Assembly: GCA_958448705.1 (NCBI GenBank)
Contig: CAUDEY010000001.1
Span: forward strand, 177,924 to 241,923
Reading direction: 5' to 3'
DNA length: 64,000 nucleotides
DNA from: an uncultured Clostridia bacterium
GTDB taxonomy: Bacteria > Bacillota > Clostridia > Christensenellales > QALW01
Shown here: piece after piece, positions 1 through 11,007 of the stretch
Position numbering within the stretch: the first letter of the stretch is position 1
Layout of the letters: every line of letters starts with the position of its first letter
The notes under the pieces: model-generated
The model's database searches: none
Seen by the model: the letters and a program-made list of their open reading frames with translations, nothing else
Told to the model about the DNA's origin: nothing
Made by a program: the position numbers and the translations under genes

Positions 1-86
1 AAGCACCAAAAACAGGCCAACGGAAGAAAAACTCGCAAGATTTTCTTTCCTTTCGGCCTTTATCGGTAATGGTATACAAACTAAGG

Positions 87-115
87 TTGACTTTTATAAA
101 TTACAATTGTATAAT
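87..115 (+). promoter_or_regulatory. sigma-70-type promoter upstream of the GNAT leader
   Basis: TTGACT (87-92), 17-nt spacer, TATAAT (110-115). Confidence 0.6.
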
Positions 116-206
116 ATACCAGTAAATCATCGGAGGACAGTGCACCGTAGTGTAGGGGATCGTAAGCAAATGCTTGCAGGCCGCCTGTCAGATAAGATGA
201 CGAGTG

Positions 207-251
207 AGCTCGGTATTACATAAACGTAATAGCCGAGCTATGTTTATTTTT
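207..251 (+). terminator. intrinsic terminator (attenuator) inside the 5' leader of the GNAT gene
   Basis: Stem AGCTCGGTATTAC / GTAATAGCCGAGCT followed by T-rich ATGTTTATTTTT. It ends just before RBS AGGAGG and ATG 263. Confidence 0.6.
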
Positions 252-262
252 AGGAGGTTTTT

Positions 263-820
263 ATGAAAAACACAACAGTAACACTTATGCCATTAACAGC
301 AGACGACCGTGAACGATTTATTTTGGACAATCAATAGGCGTTTAAATACGGCGCGATGATGGAGTTTGGCGAGCGCAATGATCATGTAGACAAGGATGGC
401 GAAATCATTTCACGCAAAACAATCGAGCAGTGTATGGATAACCCAAAAAACGAAACATATCGCATTATGCTTAACGGCAAGAAAGTGGGCGGCGTGATAC
501 TTAAAATTGATGACCAAACCTATCACAACCACCTTGAGCTATTCTTTGTATCTCCGGAGGAACATAGCAAAGGCATTGGCTACAAAGCATGGCAAGCGAT
601 CGAGGCTCTCCACCCAAAAACCAAAGCATGGGAAACCTGCACGCCCTATTTTGAAAAACGCAATATTCACTTTTATGTTAATAAATGCGGTTTTCATATT
701 GTTGAATTTTATAATGAATTCAATGTCGACCCTCATTTGCTGCAAGAGAACAAACAGGATAAGGAAGGACCCGACGAAATGTTTCGCTTTATAAAGGTCA
801 TGTCAAATAATTGCTTATAG
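263..820 (+). pseudogene. GNAT family N-acetyltransferase interrupted by an in-frame TAG at 335-337
   Basis: ATG 263 has RBS AGGAGG and encodes MKNTTVTLMPLTADDRERFILDNQ, then TAG. The same frame continues as AFKYGAMMEFGE into ORF 356-820, which has the acetyl-CoA-site-like motif HSKGIGYKAW. Confidence 0.6.
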
Positions 821-979
821 TCCACTGATCTGTCAAAGCATCTATAGTTACACGGTCACTTTAAAATACGCCACAAGTTCAAAACAACATAGTATTGTCT
901 ACACCGCTAAAAAGCAATCATTCAATTCAGATATAATAGGGTACCTTCCATAAGGAAGATACCTTTAAAAACTCGTTTT

Positions 980-1399
980 TTATCCTTTTGCCTTGGCCTC
1001 GCAATACATACAACGGTAGACTTTATTTTCCCTGTCAGTAAGTTTAAAAATCTGCGGAAGTTCCTGCTCCGTTGCCGAAATGCACCGGGGATTTTTACAC
1101 ACAAGCACCCCCGTCAGTGTTTCGGGAAGCTCGATATGCCGTTTTTCTACCAGTACCGAATCCCGGATTACATTGATGGTAATATCAGAATCAATATACC
1201 CTAAAATATCCAAATCAATCTCAATATCGGCATCAATTTTGATAATATCTTTTTTTCCCAACTTTTTACTGGCTACATTTTTTATAATAGCTACCGAACA
1301 ATCCAGTTTTTCCAGCTCCAACAGCCGGTAAATTTCCATGCCGTTTCCGGCCCGTATATGGTCAATAACCAGGCCGTTTTTAATGGAATCAATCTTCAT
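980..1399 (-). CDS. pyrI: aspartate carbamoyltransferase regulatory subunit
   Basis: 139 aa with a C-terminal Zn-finger-like CxxxxC...CxxC (CKNPRC...CMYC). 4-nt overlap with the pyrB stop. Confidence 0.9.
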   Translation of the reverse strand: MKIDSIKNGLVIDHIRAGNGMEIYRLLELEKLDCSVAIIKNVASKKLGKKDIIKIDADIEIDLDILGYIDSDITINVIRDSVLVEKRHIELPETLTGVLVCKNPRCISATEQELPQIFKLTDRENKVYRCMYCEAKAKG

Positions 1400-2313
1400 A
1401 CCTCTACCCCCAGCAGCTTTAAAATCAGCGCCATGCGCATATATTTGCCATTTAACACCTGTTTAAAATAACAGGCGCGCGGGTCGCTGTCAATGGAAAC
1501 AGCAATTTCATTCACACGCGGCAGCGGATGCATAATACTGAGATCCGCCTTCGCCTTTGCCAGCTTATCCGGCGTAAGAATATAGCTATCCTTTAAACGC
1601 AGATACTCCTCCTCACTGAAAAAGCGCTCCCGCTGCACGCGCGTCATATATAAAACGTCCAAATCGGGAAGCACACTCTCCAAATCCGTTGTCTGCGTAT
1701 ACGGTACGCCGTTTTTCTGCAGAATATCCTTTTTTACATAGCTGGGCAGTTTTAATTCCTCAGGCGAGATCAAAACGGCTTGAATCCCACTGTAGCGCGA
1801 AAGTGCAGCCAAAAGAGAGTGTACGGTACGTCCAAATTTTAAATCGCCGCAGAAGCCGATGGTAAAATTGCTAAGCCTCCCTTTTTCCCGATAAATGGTC
1901 AAAAGGTCCGCCAGAGTCTGTGTGGGATGGTTATGACCGCCGTCGCCGGCGTTAATAACCGGAATTGACGCATTCATAGCGGCCACCAGCGGCGCGCCCT
2001 CCTTCGGGTGACGCATGGCGATAATATCGGCATAGCAGCTGACGGTTTTAGCCGTATCGGCCACGCTTTCACCTTTAGCCGCGGAGCTGCTCTGCGCTTC
2101 GGAAAAGCCCAGCACACAGCCGCCCAGCTCATACATAGCGGCCTCAAAGCTAAGGCGCGTGCGGGTGGAAGGCTCAAAAAACAGCGTCGCCAACTTTTTG
2201 CCCGCGCAAGCCTGCCGGTATTTTTCCGGATGCTCAATTATATCCCCTGCCACCATAATCAGTTCCTGAATTTCCTCAACGGAAAGCTCCAGGATATCAA
2301 TCAGGCTTCTCAT
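1396..2313 (-). CDS. pyrB: aspartate carbamoyltransferase catalytic subunit
   Basis: 305 aa with STRTR and HPLPR motifs. Sits in the pyr operon. Confidence 0.95.
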   Translation of the reverse strand: MRSLIDILELSVEEIQELIMVAGDIIEHPEKYRQACAGKKLATLFFEPSTRTRLSFEAAMYELGGCVLGFSEAQSSSAAKGESVADTAKTVSCYADIIAMRHPKEGAPLVAAMNASIPVINAGDGGHNHPTQTLADLLTIYREKGRLSNFTIGFCGDLKFGRTVHSLLAALSRYSGIQAVLISPEELKLPSYVKKDILQKNGVPYTQTTDLESVLPDLDVLYMTRVQRERFFSEEEYLRLKDSYILTPDKLAKAKADLSIMHPLPRVNEIAVSIDSDPRACYFKQVLNGKYMRMALILKLLGVEV

Positions 2314-2948
2314 TGCTTTGCTCCTATCCAGCTCTCATCCGCCGGGTTATCACGAAACGCGCGCAGCCGCAGGATATCCTGCGGGGCAATATACCCTTTT
2401 TGCGCAGCTACCTCGGCAATCACATCAAAATCCGTTAAGCTTACATTTTTTACGTCCGCTTCCGCTAAGCGCATCAGCCCCTTTTTCATGCCGTAGGTAA
2501 AGATGCTGGCAATTCCCAGCACCTCGGCGCCGGCTTCGCGCAGTACGTTTACTACTTCAATCACACTGCCGCCGGTAGAAATCAAATCCTCAATTACCAC
2601 TACTTTTTGGCCTCTCTCCAGCTTTCCCTCAATCTGATTCTGCCTGCCGTGATCCTTTGCACCGCTGCGCACATACCCCATGGGCATTCCCAACAAATGC
2701 GCCGTAATAGCCGCATGGGCAATTCCCGCGGTAGAGGTACCCATCAATACCTCGCACTCCGGGTAATACTGTTTTACTGTTTCAGCCAAACCATTTTCAA
2801 TATGGTTCCGCACCTCAGGTGCCGTAAGCGTCAGCCGGTTATCACAGTATACCGGGCTTTTTATTCCGCTGGCCCAGGTAAAGGGCTCATCGGGACGGAA
2901 AAACACCGCGCCGATGGAGAGTAAATCTGCCGCAATTTGTTCTTTCAT
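2310..2948 (-). CDS. pyrE: orotate phosphoribosyltransferase
   Basis: PRPP-binding motif [13 protein letters not shown]. Start moved to the internal ATG 2948, preceded by GGAGGA. Confidence 0.9.
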   Translation of the reverse strand: MKEQIAADLLSIGAVFFRPDEPFTWASGIKSPVYCDNRLTLTAPEVRNHIENGLAETVKQYYPECEVLMGTSTAGIAHAAITAHLLGMPMGYVRSGAKDHGRQNQIEGKLERGQKVVVIEDLISTGGSVIEVVNVLREAGAEVLGIASIFTYGMKKGLMRLAEADVKNVSLTDFDVIAEVAAQKGYIAPQDILRLRAFRDNPADESWIGAKQ

Positions 2949-3003
2949 GGGAACATCCTCCTTATATGCATATATATTCATTATTCAATATATTTGAATT
3001 TAT

Positions 3004-3705
3004 CTAATTTTCCACAAACTCAGCCAAACACTTTTTATAGGCGGCAACCGGATCCTCGGCCGCCGTGATCGGCCGGCCTACCACGATGTAATCCGCCCCC
3101 AGCTCCTTGGCACCGGCGGGCGTTGTAATACGCTTTTGGTCACCGGCATCCCCTCCGGCAAAACGCACACCGGGCGTAACAGTGCAAAAGCCACTGCCGC
3201 AGCGCGCATGCACGCCGGCCGCCTCCAAGGGCGAACATACAACACCATCCAGCCCCGCATTCTTTGCGTTTTCCGCGTAGTGCATCACCACTTCCTCTAT
3301 CGGAGCGTCAATCAAAAGCTCGTCTTTCATGCGCGCCTGATCGGTAGAGGTCAGCTGGGTAACCGCAATCAAAAGCGAACGCGTTCCGTCGGGACGAGTA
3401 AGCCCCTCTAAGGCGGCTTCCATCATCGCGCGGGTGCCCGCCGCATGCAGGTTGCACATATCGACCTCCAGCTTAGAGAGTACAGCCATCGCCTTTTTAA
3501 CGGTGTTCGGGATATCGTGCAGCTTTAAATCCAAAAAGATTTTATGCCCCCGTTCCTTGATTTCCCGTACAATGTCCGGTCCCTCGGCATAATACAACTC
3601 CATGCCGATCTTTACAAACGGTTTTTCCTCACAAAACCTATCCAAAAACGCCATAACGGCCTGTTTACTGTTAAAATCACAGGCAACAATTACATCCTTA
3701 CCCAT
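3004..3705 (-). CDS. pyrF: orotidine 5'-phosphate decarboxylase
   Basis: 233 aa with the DLKLHDIPNT motif. Confidence 0.9.
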   Translation of the reverse strand: MGKDVIVACDFNSKQAVMAFLDRFCEEKPFVKIGMELYYAEGPDIVREIKERGHKIFLDLKLHDIPNTVKKAMAVLSKLEVDMCNLHAAGTRAMMEAALEGLTRPDGTRSLLIAVTQLTSTDQARMKDELLIDAPIEEVVMHYAENAKNAGLDGVVCSPLEAAGVHARCGSGFCTVTPGVRFAGGDAGDQKRITTPAGAKELGADYIVVGRPITAAEDPVAAYKKCLAEFVEN

Positions 3706-4618
3706 TTTCGTGCGCTCCTCCTATTATGTCTGTTAAATTTTGAATGCCGTATTTCTCCATAACGCGAGGCAGGCTCAAAACAATATCCCGGCAGGCGTAC
3801 GGGTTCACCAAATTAGCGGCTCCTACCTGTACCGCCGAAGCGCCAGCCAGCATCATTTCGACTACATCTTCGGCACTGTTGACGCCGCCCATACCCATAA
3901 TGGGAATATCCACCGCTTCAAACACCTGGTATACCATCCGCAGGGCTACCGGAAAAATTGCCGGGCCGGAAAAACCGCCCATTTTATTGGCGATTATCGG
4001 CTTTTTACGCGCAAGGTCGATGCGCATGCCCAAAAGAGTATTTACTAAACTCAAGCCATCCGCTCCCGCCTCCTGGCAGGCCAGCGCAATTTCGGCAATG
4101 TCGGTAACATTCGGCGTAAGCTTAATGATCACAGGTTTTGTCGTAACCGCCTTTACGGCACGGGTCACTTCAGCCGCGGCTTTCGGGTCCGTACCAAAGC
4201 TGATGCCGCCGCCGTGCACGTTAGGACAGCTGATATTTACTTCAATCAGCCCCACCTGCTCCTGCTTGTCCATCTCATGGCAGCAATAGGCATACTCCTC
4301 TACCGAAAAACCGCCGATATTGGCGATAACGGGCTTGGAAAATATCTTTTTTATCTGCGGCAGTTCTTCCTTGATCACCCGCTCGATACCCGGGTTTTGC
4401 AGGCCTACCGAGTTGATCATTCCCCCGGTGCACTCTGCAATGCGCGGCAGAGGATTTCCAAAGCGCTCCTCGCGCGTCGTCCCTTTAAAAGAAAAGGAAC
4501 CTAACAGATTGATATCGTACAGCTGGGCAAATTCCCTGCCGTAGCCAAAGGTGCCGCTGGCAGGAATGATCGGGTTCTCCAGCTTTAAGCCACAAAAGGT
4601 AACGGCCGTATTTACCAT
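3698..4618 (-). CDS. pyrD: dihydroorotate dehydrogenase B, catalytic subunit
   Basis: Class 1B DHOD sequence (NPIIPASGTFGYG, ISCPNV). Start taken at ATG 4618, which overlaps the pyrK stop (ATGGTAA). The ORF-track N-terminal extension was rejected. Confidence 0.9.
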   Translation of the reverse strand: MVNTAVTFCGLKLENPIIPASGTFGYGREFAQLYDINLLGSFSFKGTTREERFGNPLPRIAECTGGMINSVGLQNPGIERVIKEELPQIKKIFSKPVIANIGGFSVEEYAYCCHEMDKQEQVGLIEVNISCPNVHGGGISFGTDPKAAAEVTRAVKAVTTKPVIIKLTPNVTDIAEIALACQEAGADGLSLVNTLLGMRIDLARKKPIIANKMGGFSGPAIFPVALRMVYQVFEAVDIPIMGMGGVNSAEDVVEMMLAGASAVQVGAANLVNPYACRDIVLSLPRVMEKYGIQNLTDIIGGAHENG

Positions 4619-5343
4619 ATGATCTCCTCCCTTGTCAGCACGGGACCGTCCTTGCAGATGCGTTTGGACCCGTACTTGGTTCTGCAACTGCAGCCCATAC
4701 ACGCGCCGAAGCCGCAGCCCATGCGTTCCTCAAAGCTAAACTGCCCGCTGGTTACGGCGCAGGCCTCAATGGCGCGGAACATCGGCATCGGCCCGCAGGT
4801 ATAAAAATAGGAATAGCGGCGCTGTTTCATCACATCGGTTACAAAGCCCTTAACGCCGTAGCTGCCGTCCACCGTCGTTACAGTCGTTTCCACGCCTAAG
4901 GCCTTAAATTCCTCTTCAAAAAAAACCTCATCCTTCGTATTAAACCCTAAAATAACCGCTGGCTTTTTTCCGGCAGAAAGCAAGTTTTTGCACAGCAGAT
5001 ACATCGGCGGAATGCCAACGCCGCCGCCAACCAAAAGCGGCGCCTCCCCGCTACAGGAAAGATCAAACCCATTGCCCAGCCCCGTAAGCACATCCAGCGT
5101 TTGCCCCGGTGTCATGCGGCTCATCTGCAGGGTGCCGCCGCCCACGGTTTTATATAAAATGGTAATTTCCCCTTCGGTACAGTCGCACACGGAAATCGGC
5201 CGGCGCAGAAAGCGGCCCTCCAGCTGAATGTTGATAAACTGCCCCGGGCGCGTAATAGCCGAGGTATCCCCCGAAAGCTTCATCAAATAAACGTTTTTCG
5301 TCAGCTTTTTATTTTCAGTTATCGTATAAAAATCCTGTTTCAT
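4612..5343 (-). CDS. pyrK: dihydroorotate dehydrogenase electron-transfer subunit (FAD/2Fe-2S)
   Basis: 243 aa with a C-terminal Cys cluster CGFGACMGCSC. Adjacent to pyrD. Confidence 0.9.
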   Translation of the reverse strand: MKQDFYTITENKKLTKNVYLMKLSGDTSAITRPGQFINIQLEGRFLRRPISVCDCTEGEITILYKTVGGGTLQMSRMTPGQTLDVLTGLGNGFDLSCSGEAPLLVGGGVGIPPMYLLCKNLLSAGKKPAVILGFNTKDEVFFEEEFKALGVETTVTTVDGSYGVKGFVTDVMKQRRYSYFYTCGPMPMFRAIEACAVTSGQFSFEERMGCGFGACMGCSCRTKYGSKRICKDGPVLTREEIIW

Positions 5344-5353
5344 ATCCGTTCCC

Positions 5354-8300
5354 TTAAATTGTTGAAATGCCCATGGTCGTTTCTTCCAGCACGTCCAGCA
5401 ATACCTTTACCGTATCCAGTGCGGTAAAGATGGTAACGTTATTTTCCACCGCGCAGCCGCGGATTTCGTATCCGTCAGAATACACCCCCAGGGAGTTGAC
5501 ATCCCGCGTGTTAATCACATAGGTTACATAGCCCTGGCGGATGGAATCCAAAATTTCCTCGCTGCCCTCGCTGATTTTCTTCTTCACCCGGGTACGGATG
5601 CCGTGTTCCTTCAAAAACATCGCCGTGCCCAGTGTAGCTTCAATATTAAAGCCCATATTATAAAAACGGCGAATCAGCGGCAATGCCTCTTCTTTATCCG
5701 CGTCGGCAATGGTTACAAAAATGGTTCCGTAGTTTACCACATTCATTCCCGAAGCCTGCAAAGCCTTATATAGGGCGCGCGTCAGCTTTTCATCATAGCC
5801 GATGGCTTCCCCTGTGGATTTCATCTCCGGCGAAAGATACGCGTCCATTCCCCGCAATTTTGAAAAAGAGAAAGCGGGAACCTTTACATACCAGCGTTCC
5901 TTCTCCGGCGGATAAATTTCCTCAAAGCCCTGCTGCGCAAGCGTTTTGCCTAAAATGGCCATGGTACCGATATCCGCCAGACTGTAGCCGGTGGCTTTGG
6001 ATAAAAACGGAACGGTGCGGGAAGAACGGGGATTCACTTCAATTACATAGACGTTCTCCTGCCTATCCACAATAAACTGAATATTGTAAAGGCCTACAAT
6101 GCCAATGCCAAGGCCCAGCTTTTTGGTATAATCCAATATCGTTTCCTTTACCTTTTGTGAAATGCTGAAGGCCGGATACACGCTGATGGAATCGCCCGAA
6201 TGTACACCCGTGCGCTCTACCAGTTCCATAATGCCGGGCACGAACACATTTTCGCCGTCGCATACCGCGTCCACCTCTACCTCCTTGCCCACGATGTACT
6301 TATCCACCAGCACGGGCTTATCGGCATCCACCTCCACGGCGGTTTTTAAATAATGGCGCAGCATCTCCTCGTTGGCAACAATCTGCATCGCACGGCCGCC
6401 CAGCACAAAGCTGGGGCGCACCAGTACCGGGTAGCCGATCTCCGCTGCGGCGCGCACGCCTTCTTCAATCGTCGTTACTGCCCTTCCCTTAGGCTGCGGA
6501 ATAGCCAGATCCTTCAGCAGTTTTTCAAAGGAATCCCGGTTTTCGGCCCTATCAATGGCCTCTACTCCGGTGCCGATGATACGAACGCCCCGTTTCATCA
6601 GCGGCTGGGCCAGGTTAATAGCCGTCTGCCCGCCGAGCGAAGCGATAACGCCGATCGGCTGCTCCAGGTGCAGGATGTTCATCACATCCTCTACGGTAAG
6701 CGGTTCAAAATACAGTTTATCGCTGCACGTATAATCGGTCGAGACGGTTTCCGGGTTATTGTTGATGATAATAGCCTCATAGCCCGCGGCTTTAATCGTC
6801 ATCACTGCGTGCACGGTGGAATAGTCAAATTCCACGCCCTGGCCGATGCGGATAGGCCCGGAGCCCAGCACCACTACCTTCTGCTTATCCGATACGATGG
6901 ATTCATTTTCCTCCGCATAGGTGGAATAAAAATAGGGAATATAGCTTTCAAACTCACTGGCGCAGGTATCAATCATCTTATATACCGGAAAAATATCGGC
7001 GCCGCAGCGCAAAGCAAATACGTCCTCTTCCTCCATGCCCCACAATTTTGCAATGTATTTATCGCAAAAGCCGTATTTTTTTGCCTTTTTCAGGGCGTCC
7101 AGGCTGCCCTTCTGCTCAGCCAGCTCTTCCTCTAAGCGCACAATGTTGTTAATTTTTTCAATAAACAGCATATCGATCTGTGTCGTTTCGCTGATAAGAG
7201 CGGGGTCTGTACCCAAACGCAGCAGCTGCGCAATCGCATAAATACGGTCGTCGGTACCATCCTGAATATACGCCAGCAGTTCCTCTTTTGTAAAGGAATC
7301 AAACTTGCGCATCCAAACATGGCAAACACCGGTCTCCAGCGAGCGCACAGCCTTCAGCAAGCTCTCCTCAATATTCCGGCCGATGCTCATTACCTCACCC
7401 GTGGCCTTCATTTGCGTGGAAAGCTTGTTGTTCGCGTCGGAAAACTTATCAAAGGGAAAGCGCGGCATCTTGGTAACCACATAATCCAGCGTCGGCTCAA
7501 AGCTGGCCGGGGTGTTGGCAATGCGGATTTCATCCAGCGTCATGCCCACGGATATTTTAGCCGAAACCCGGGCAATGGGATAACCCGTGGCCTTGCTGGC
7601 CAAAGCCGAAGAACGCGATACCCTCGGGTTTACCTCAATTAAAAAATAGTCAAACGACTGTGGGTCCAGCGCAAACTGCACGTTGCAGCCGCCCTCAATT
7701 TTTAAGGCGCGGATAATCTTCAGCGCGCTGTCGCGTAAAAGGTGATATTCCTTATTGGTAAGCGTTTGGCTGGGGGCCACCACAATGGAATCCCCCGTAT
7801 GGATGCCTACCGGGTCGATATTTTCCATATTGCATACGGCAATGGCGGTATCGTTTTTATCGCGCATTACCTCGTATTCAATTTCCTTATAGCCCTTGAT
7901 GCTCTTTTCTACCAGTACCTGATGCACCGGCGAAAGTTTCAAGGCGTTTTTCATAATTTCAAGCAGTTCTTCCTCGTTATCGGCAAAGCCGCCGCCGGTT
8001 CCGCCCAGCGTGAAAGCCGGCCGCAGCACAACGGGATAGCCGATTTCCTCCGCGGCTTTTACCGCCTCCTCCATAGAATGCGTAATAATGGAAGGCAGCA
8101 CCGGCTCGCCCAGCTCCTGGCAAAGCTCTTTAAAAAGTTCCCGGTCCTCGGCGCGCTCGATGCTTTGGCTGGAGGTTCCCAGCAGTTCCACCTGGCATTC
8201 CTTCAGCACGCCCTTTTTCTCCAGCTGCATGGCAATGTTTAAACCCGTCTGCCCGCCGATGCCCGGCACAATGGCATCCGGCCGCTCATAGCGGATGATT

Positions 8301-8527
8301 TTTGCAATATATTCCAGCGTCAGCGGTTCCATATAAATTTTATCGGCAATGGCTTGATCCGTCATAATCGTAGCAGGATTGGAGTTTGCCAGGATAACCT
8401 CATAGCCCTCCTCCTTCAGCGCCAGGCAGGCCTGGGTGCCCGCATAGTCGAACTCGGCCGCCTGCCCGATCACAATCGGGCCGGAGCCGATTACCATTAC
8501 TTTTTTAATATCAGTTCTTTTGGGCAT
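5354..8527 (-). CDS. carB: carbamoyl-phosphate synthase large subunit
   Basis: 1057 aa with duplicated ATP-grasp halves and an MGS-like C-terminus. Confidence 0.97.
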   Translation of the reverse strand: MPKRTDIKKVMVIGSGPIVIGQAAEFDYAGTQACLALKEEGYEVILANSNPATIMTDQAIADKIYMEPLTLEYIAKIIRYERPDAIVPGIGGQTGLNIAMQLEKKGVLKECQVELLGTSSQSIERAEDRELFKELCQELGEPVLPSIITHSMEEAVKAAEEIGYPVVLRPAFTLGGTGGGFADNEEELLEIMKNALKLSPVHQVLVEKSIKGYKEIEYEVMRDKNDTAIAVCNMENIDPVGIHTGDSIVVAPSQTLTNKEYHLLRDSALKIIRALKIEGGCNVQFALDPQSFDYFLIEVNPRVSRSSALASKATGYPIARVSAKISVGMTLDEIRIANTPASFEPTLDYVVTKMPRFPFDKFSDANNKLSTQMKATGEVMSIGRNIEESLLKAVRSLETGVCHVWMRKFDSFTKEELLAYIQDGTDDRIYAIAQLLRLGTDPALISETTQIDMLFIEKINNIVRLEEELAEQKGSLDALKKAKKYGFCDKYIAKLWGMEEEDVFALRCGADIFPVYKMIDTCASEFESYIPYFYSTYAEENESIVSDKQKVVVLGSGPIRIGQGVEFDYSTVHAVMTIKAAGYEAIIINNNPETVSTDYTCSDKLYFEPLTVEDVMNILHLEQPIGVIASLGGQTAINLAQPLMKRGVRIIGTGVEAIDRAENRDSFEKLLKDLAIPQPKGRAVTTIEEGVRAAAEIGYPVLVRPSFVLGGRAMQIVANEEMLRHYLKTAVEVDADKPVLVDKYIVGKEVEVDAVCDGENVFVPGIMELVERTGVHSGDSISVYPAFSISQKVKETILDYTKKLGLGIGIVGLYNIQFIVDRQENVYVIEVNPRSSRTVPFLSKATGYSLADIGTMAILGKTLAQQGFEEIYPPEKERWYVKVPAFSFSKLRGMDAYLSPEMKSTGEAIGYDEKLTRALYKALQASGMNVVNYGTIFVTIADADKEEALPLIRRFYNMGFNIEATLGTAMFLKEHGIRTRVKKKISEGSEEILDSIRQGYVTYVINTRDVNSLGVYSDGYEIRGCAVENNVTIFTALDTVKVLLDVLEETTMGISTI

Positions 8528-9611
8528 TGATTTTAGCCTCCTTTATGCTTTCAATAAACCGGTCGAACAGATAGCCGCTGTCCTGCGGGCCGGGCGCGCT
8601 TTCCGGGTGATATTGCACGCTGAACACCCTGTCCTTTTCACAGGCCACGCCCTCAATGGTATCATCCAAAATGTTTTTATGCGTAGCGGTTAACGCCGTA
8701 GCGGCCAGCGAAGCTTCGTCCACGGCATAGCTGTGGTTTTGGCTGGTAATTTCCACCCGGCCGGTCATCAAATTTTTTACCGGATGGTTTCCGCCGCGGT
8801 GTCCGAATTTTAATTTATACGTCTTTGCCCCGTAGGCAAGGCTAATCATCTGATGCCCCAGGCAAATACCGAAAATCGGGTATTTCCCCCGCAAAGCGCG
8901 CACCAGCTCAATAACCGGCGTTACATCCTCCGGGTTGCCGGGCCCATTGGAAAGCACGATGCCGTCCGGGCGCAGAGCCTCAATTTCTTTGGCGGGCGTA
9001 TCGAACGGAACCACGGTTACGTTGCAGCCGCGGGCGTTTAAGCTGCGCACAATATTCAGCTTAATGCCGCAATCCACAGCCACTACCGTATATTTGTGAT
9101 TGGGCGTGCGGCTGTACCACTTTTTACGGCAGCTGACTTTGGCCACCGCGTCATGGGGCACCGGCGCCTTTGCAAGCTTTTGCAGCGCCTCCTCCTTTGG
9201 CGTAGCCGCATCGGTAAGAATCGCCCGGCGGCTGCCGAAATCCCGGATGCTGCGCGTTAATTTGCGCGTATCAATCCCCTCAATGCCGGGAATATGGTAC
9301 TCCTCCAAAATTTCCGCCAACGTTTTTGTATAGCGGAAATTGGAGGGTTTATCATTGTATTCGCTGACGATGAGCGCGCCGATGGTCGGGGTGCGCGTTT
9401 CAAAATCATCATCGGTAATGCCGTAGTTACCGATTAAGGGATACGTCATCACCACTGCCTGATACGTATAGGAAGGGTCGGAAACGATCTCCTGATAACC
9501 GGCCATGGAAGTATTAAAAACCAGTTCGCATACGCGCTCTTCCAGGCTCCCAAACGCCGTTCCGTAGTACTCGCTGCCGTCCTCCAGCACTATTTTCCGA
9601 TTATATTCCAT
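8511..9611 (-). CDS. carA: carbamoyl-phosphate synthase small (glutaminase) subunit
   Basis: 366 aa with the GATase triad region GICLGHQ. Confidence 0.95.
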   Translation of the reverse strand: MEYNRKIVLEDGSEYYGTAFGSLEERVCELVFNTSMAGYQEIVSDPSYTYQAVVMTYPLIGNYGITDDDFETRTPTIGALIVSEYNDKPSNFRYTKTLAEILEEYHIPGIEGIDTRKLTRSIRDFGSRRAILTDAATPKEEALQKLAKAPVPHDAVAKVSCRKKWYSRTPNHKYTVVAVDCGIKLNIVRSLNARGCNVTVVPFDTPAKEIEALRPDGIVLSNGPGNPEDVTPVIELVRALRGKYPIFGICLGHQMISLAYGAKTYKLKFGHRGGNHPVKNLMTGRVEITSQNHSYAVDEASLAATALTATHKNILDDTIEGVACEKDRVFSVQYHPESAPGPQDSGYLFDRFIESIKEAKINAQKN

Positions 9612-10828
9612 ACAATTTCTCCTTTTACCATGGTTAGCTTTATTTTACCCTTTACACGCATACCGTCAAACGGCGTGGCTTTGCCCTTAGAGGCAAACCG
9701 TCGGCTGTCAATCACATATTCATTTGCTATATCCGCCACGCACAGATCCGGCGTGTCCCCAATTGCTCCCTCTATAGGAAAGCGCTGCCTCGGCCGCACG
9801 CACATGGCGTCAATCAAACGCTCCAAGGATACAAGTCCCTTTTCCACCAAACCCGTATAAAGTACAGGGAACGCCGTTTCCAGTCCTACAACGCCCATGG
9901 CGCTTTTTTCCAGGCCCTTGTTCTTTTCCTCTGCCGCATGGGGCGCGTGGTCGGTGGCAATCATATCAATGGTACCGTCGCGCAGGCCCTCTATCAAGGC
10001 CAGACGGTCCTCCTCGCCGCGCACAGGCGGATTCATTTTAAAACGCCCCTCTTCCTGCAGCATACTGTCGCTCATCAGCAGATAATGCGGCGCGGTTTCA
10101 GCGGTAACATCGATTCCCGCGGCCTTAGCCTTGCGTATCAGCGCTACGCTCTCCTTGCTTGAAACATGGCACACATGATATTGACAGCCTGTTTCCGCAG
10201 CCAGGCGCAGGTCGCGCTCCAGCGGGCGCCATTCGCTTTCCGAGCAAATTCCCCTATGCCCGTGCAGGCGCGCATACCCACCCTGGTGGATATAGCCGCC
10301 GCCAAGCAGCGCTTCTTCCTCACAATGGGCGGCAATAATCTTTCCGAATTTCTTGGCCTTTTCCATAGCCGCACGCATCATCGCCTCATCCTGCACGCCG
10401 CTGCCGTCATCGGAAAACGCAACCACATAGGGCGCCAGCTCGTCCATTGCGGCAAGGGCCTTTCCGCCGCGGCCCAGCGTAATGGCGCCATAGGGGTATA
10501 CCCGTACCCGGGCGTTTTGCTCAATAAGCTGCCGCTGTACCTCTAGATTTTTCAAGCAATCGGGCACGGGGGAAAGATTCGGCATAGTGCAAAGGGCGGT
10601 ATAACCGCCGCGCAAAGCCGCCTCGGTGCCCGAGGCTATCGTTTCCTTATACGAAAAACCCGGCTCTCTCAGATGCACATGCACATCCGCAAAGCCGGGA
10701 AAAACAACACAGCCGGAAATATCCAGCACAAGATCCTTTTGAAAGGAAGGAACAACAGCAGAAACAAACTCCGCAGTTTTAAATTTTCCATTATCAAAAA
10801 AACTGCCGCCTTTAAAAATAACTTTCAT
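9590..10828 (-). CDS. pyrC: dihydroorotase
   Basis: Amidohydrolase motif DVHVHLREPG. Start at ATG 10828, preceded by GGAGGGA. The ORF-track extension to 10936 was rejected. Confidence 0.9.
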   Translation of the reverse strand: MKVIFKGGSFFDNGKFKTAEFVSAVVPSFQKDLVLDISGCVVFPGFADVHVHLREPGFSYKETIASGTEAALRGGYTALCTMPNLSPVPDCLKNLEVQRQLIEQNARVRVYPYGAITLGRGGKALAAMDELAPYVVAFSDDGSGVQDEAMMRAAMEKAKKFGKIIAAHCEEEALLGGGYIHQGGYARLHGHRGICSESEWRPLERDLRLAAETGCQYHVCHVSSKESVALIRKAKAAGIDVTAETAPHYLLMSDSMLQEEGRFKMNPPVRGEEDRLALIEGLRDGTIDMIATDHAPHAAEEKNKGLEKSAMGVVGLETAFPVLYTGLVEKGLVSLERLIDAMCVRPRQRFPIEGAIGDTPDLCVADIANEYVIDSRRFASKGKATPFDGMRVKGKIKLTMVKGEIVWNIIGK

Positions 10829-10838
10829 TGTCCCTCCA

Positions 10839-10868
10839 TAAAAATAAAACCCTGCATGCAGCAAGGCC
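10839..10868 (-). terminator. leader terminator (attenuator) immediately upstream of the pyrC RBS
   Basis: Minus-strand RNA CCUUGC-UGCAU-GCAGGG followed by UUUUAUUUUU, then GGAGGG and AUG. Confidence 0.6.
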
Positions 10869-10924
10869 GTATATATACAAAAACACAGAGCATGCATACA
10901 CGCCCTATTCTTTTTTGCAACGAA

Positions 10925-10945
10925 CCTTACCGGCATCTCTGTACC
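10925..10945 (-). promoter_or_regulatory. possible PyrR-binding-loop-like box in the pyr leader
   Basis: Minus-strand RNA GGUACAGAGAUGCCGGUAAGG resembles the remembered PyrR consensus UCCAGAGAGGCUnGCAAGG. A downstream GCAUGCUCUGU can pair with it. Confidence 0.35.
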
Positions 10946-10978
10946 GCTTTAAAAGATCTGTTTTTAATTGTCGGTAAT

Positions 10979-11007
10979 ATGATACCACATCTTGAGCGCC
11001 AAGTCAA
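10979..11007 (-). promoter_or_regulatory. pyr operon promoter
   Basis: On the minus strand: TTGACT, 17 nt, TATCAT, with TG upstream of the -10. Confidence 0.6.

Noticed and set aside
335-337. The in-frame TAG in the GNAT gene as programmed recoding (pyrrolysine or stop-codon reassignment).
   Set aside because: TAG terminates several other genes in the window (818-820, the atpB stop, the surface-protein stop). No pyl genes or PYLIS-like context are visible. A nonsense mutation or sequencing error is simpler.
6353-7135. Long antisense ORFs inside well-supported genes: 6353-7135 in carB, 14071-14814 in GH2, 15742-16605 in SIS/ROK, 22960-23901 in tkt, 27511-28119 in atpB, and 57433-58266 in the (alpha/alpha)6 hydrolase gene.
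   Set aside because: They lie entirely opposite genes with clear family motifs. They lack RBSs and have low-complexity or basic shadow-frame composition, which is typical of stop-poor antisense frames.
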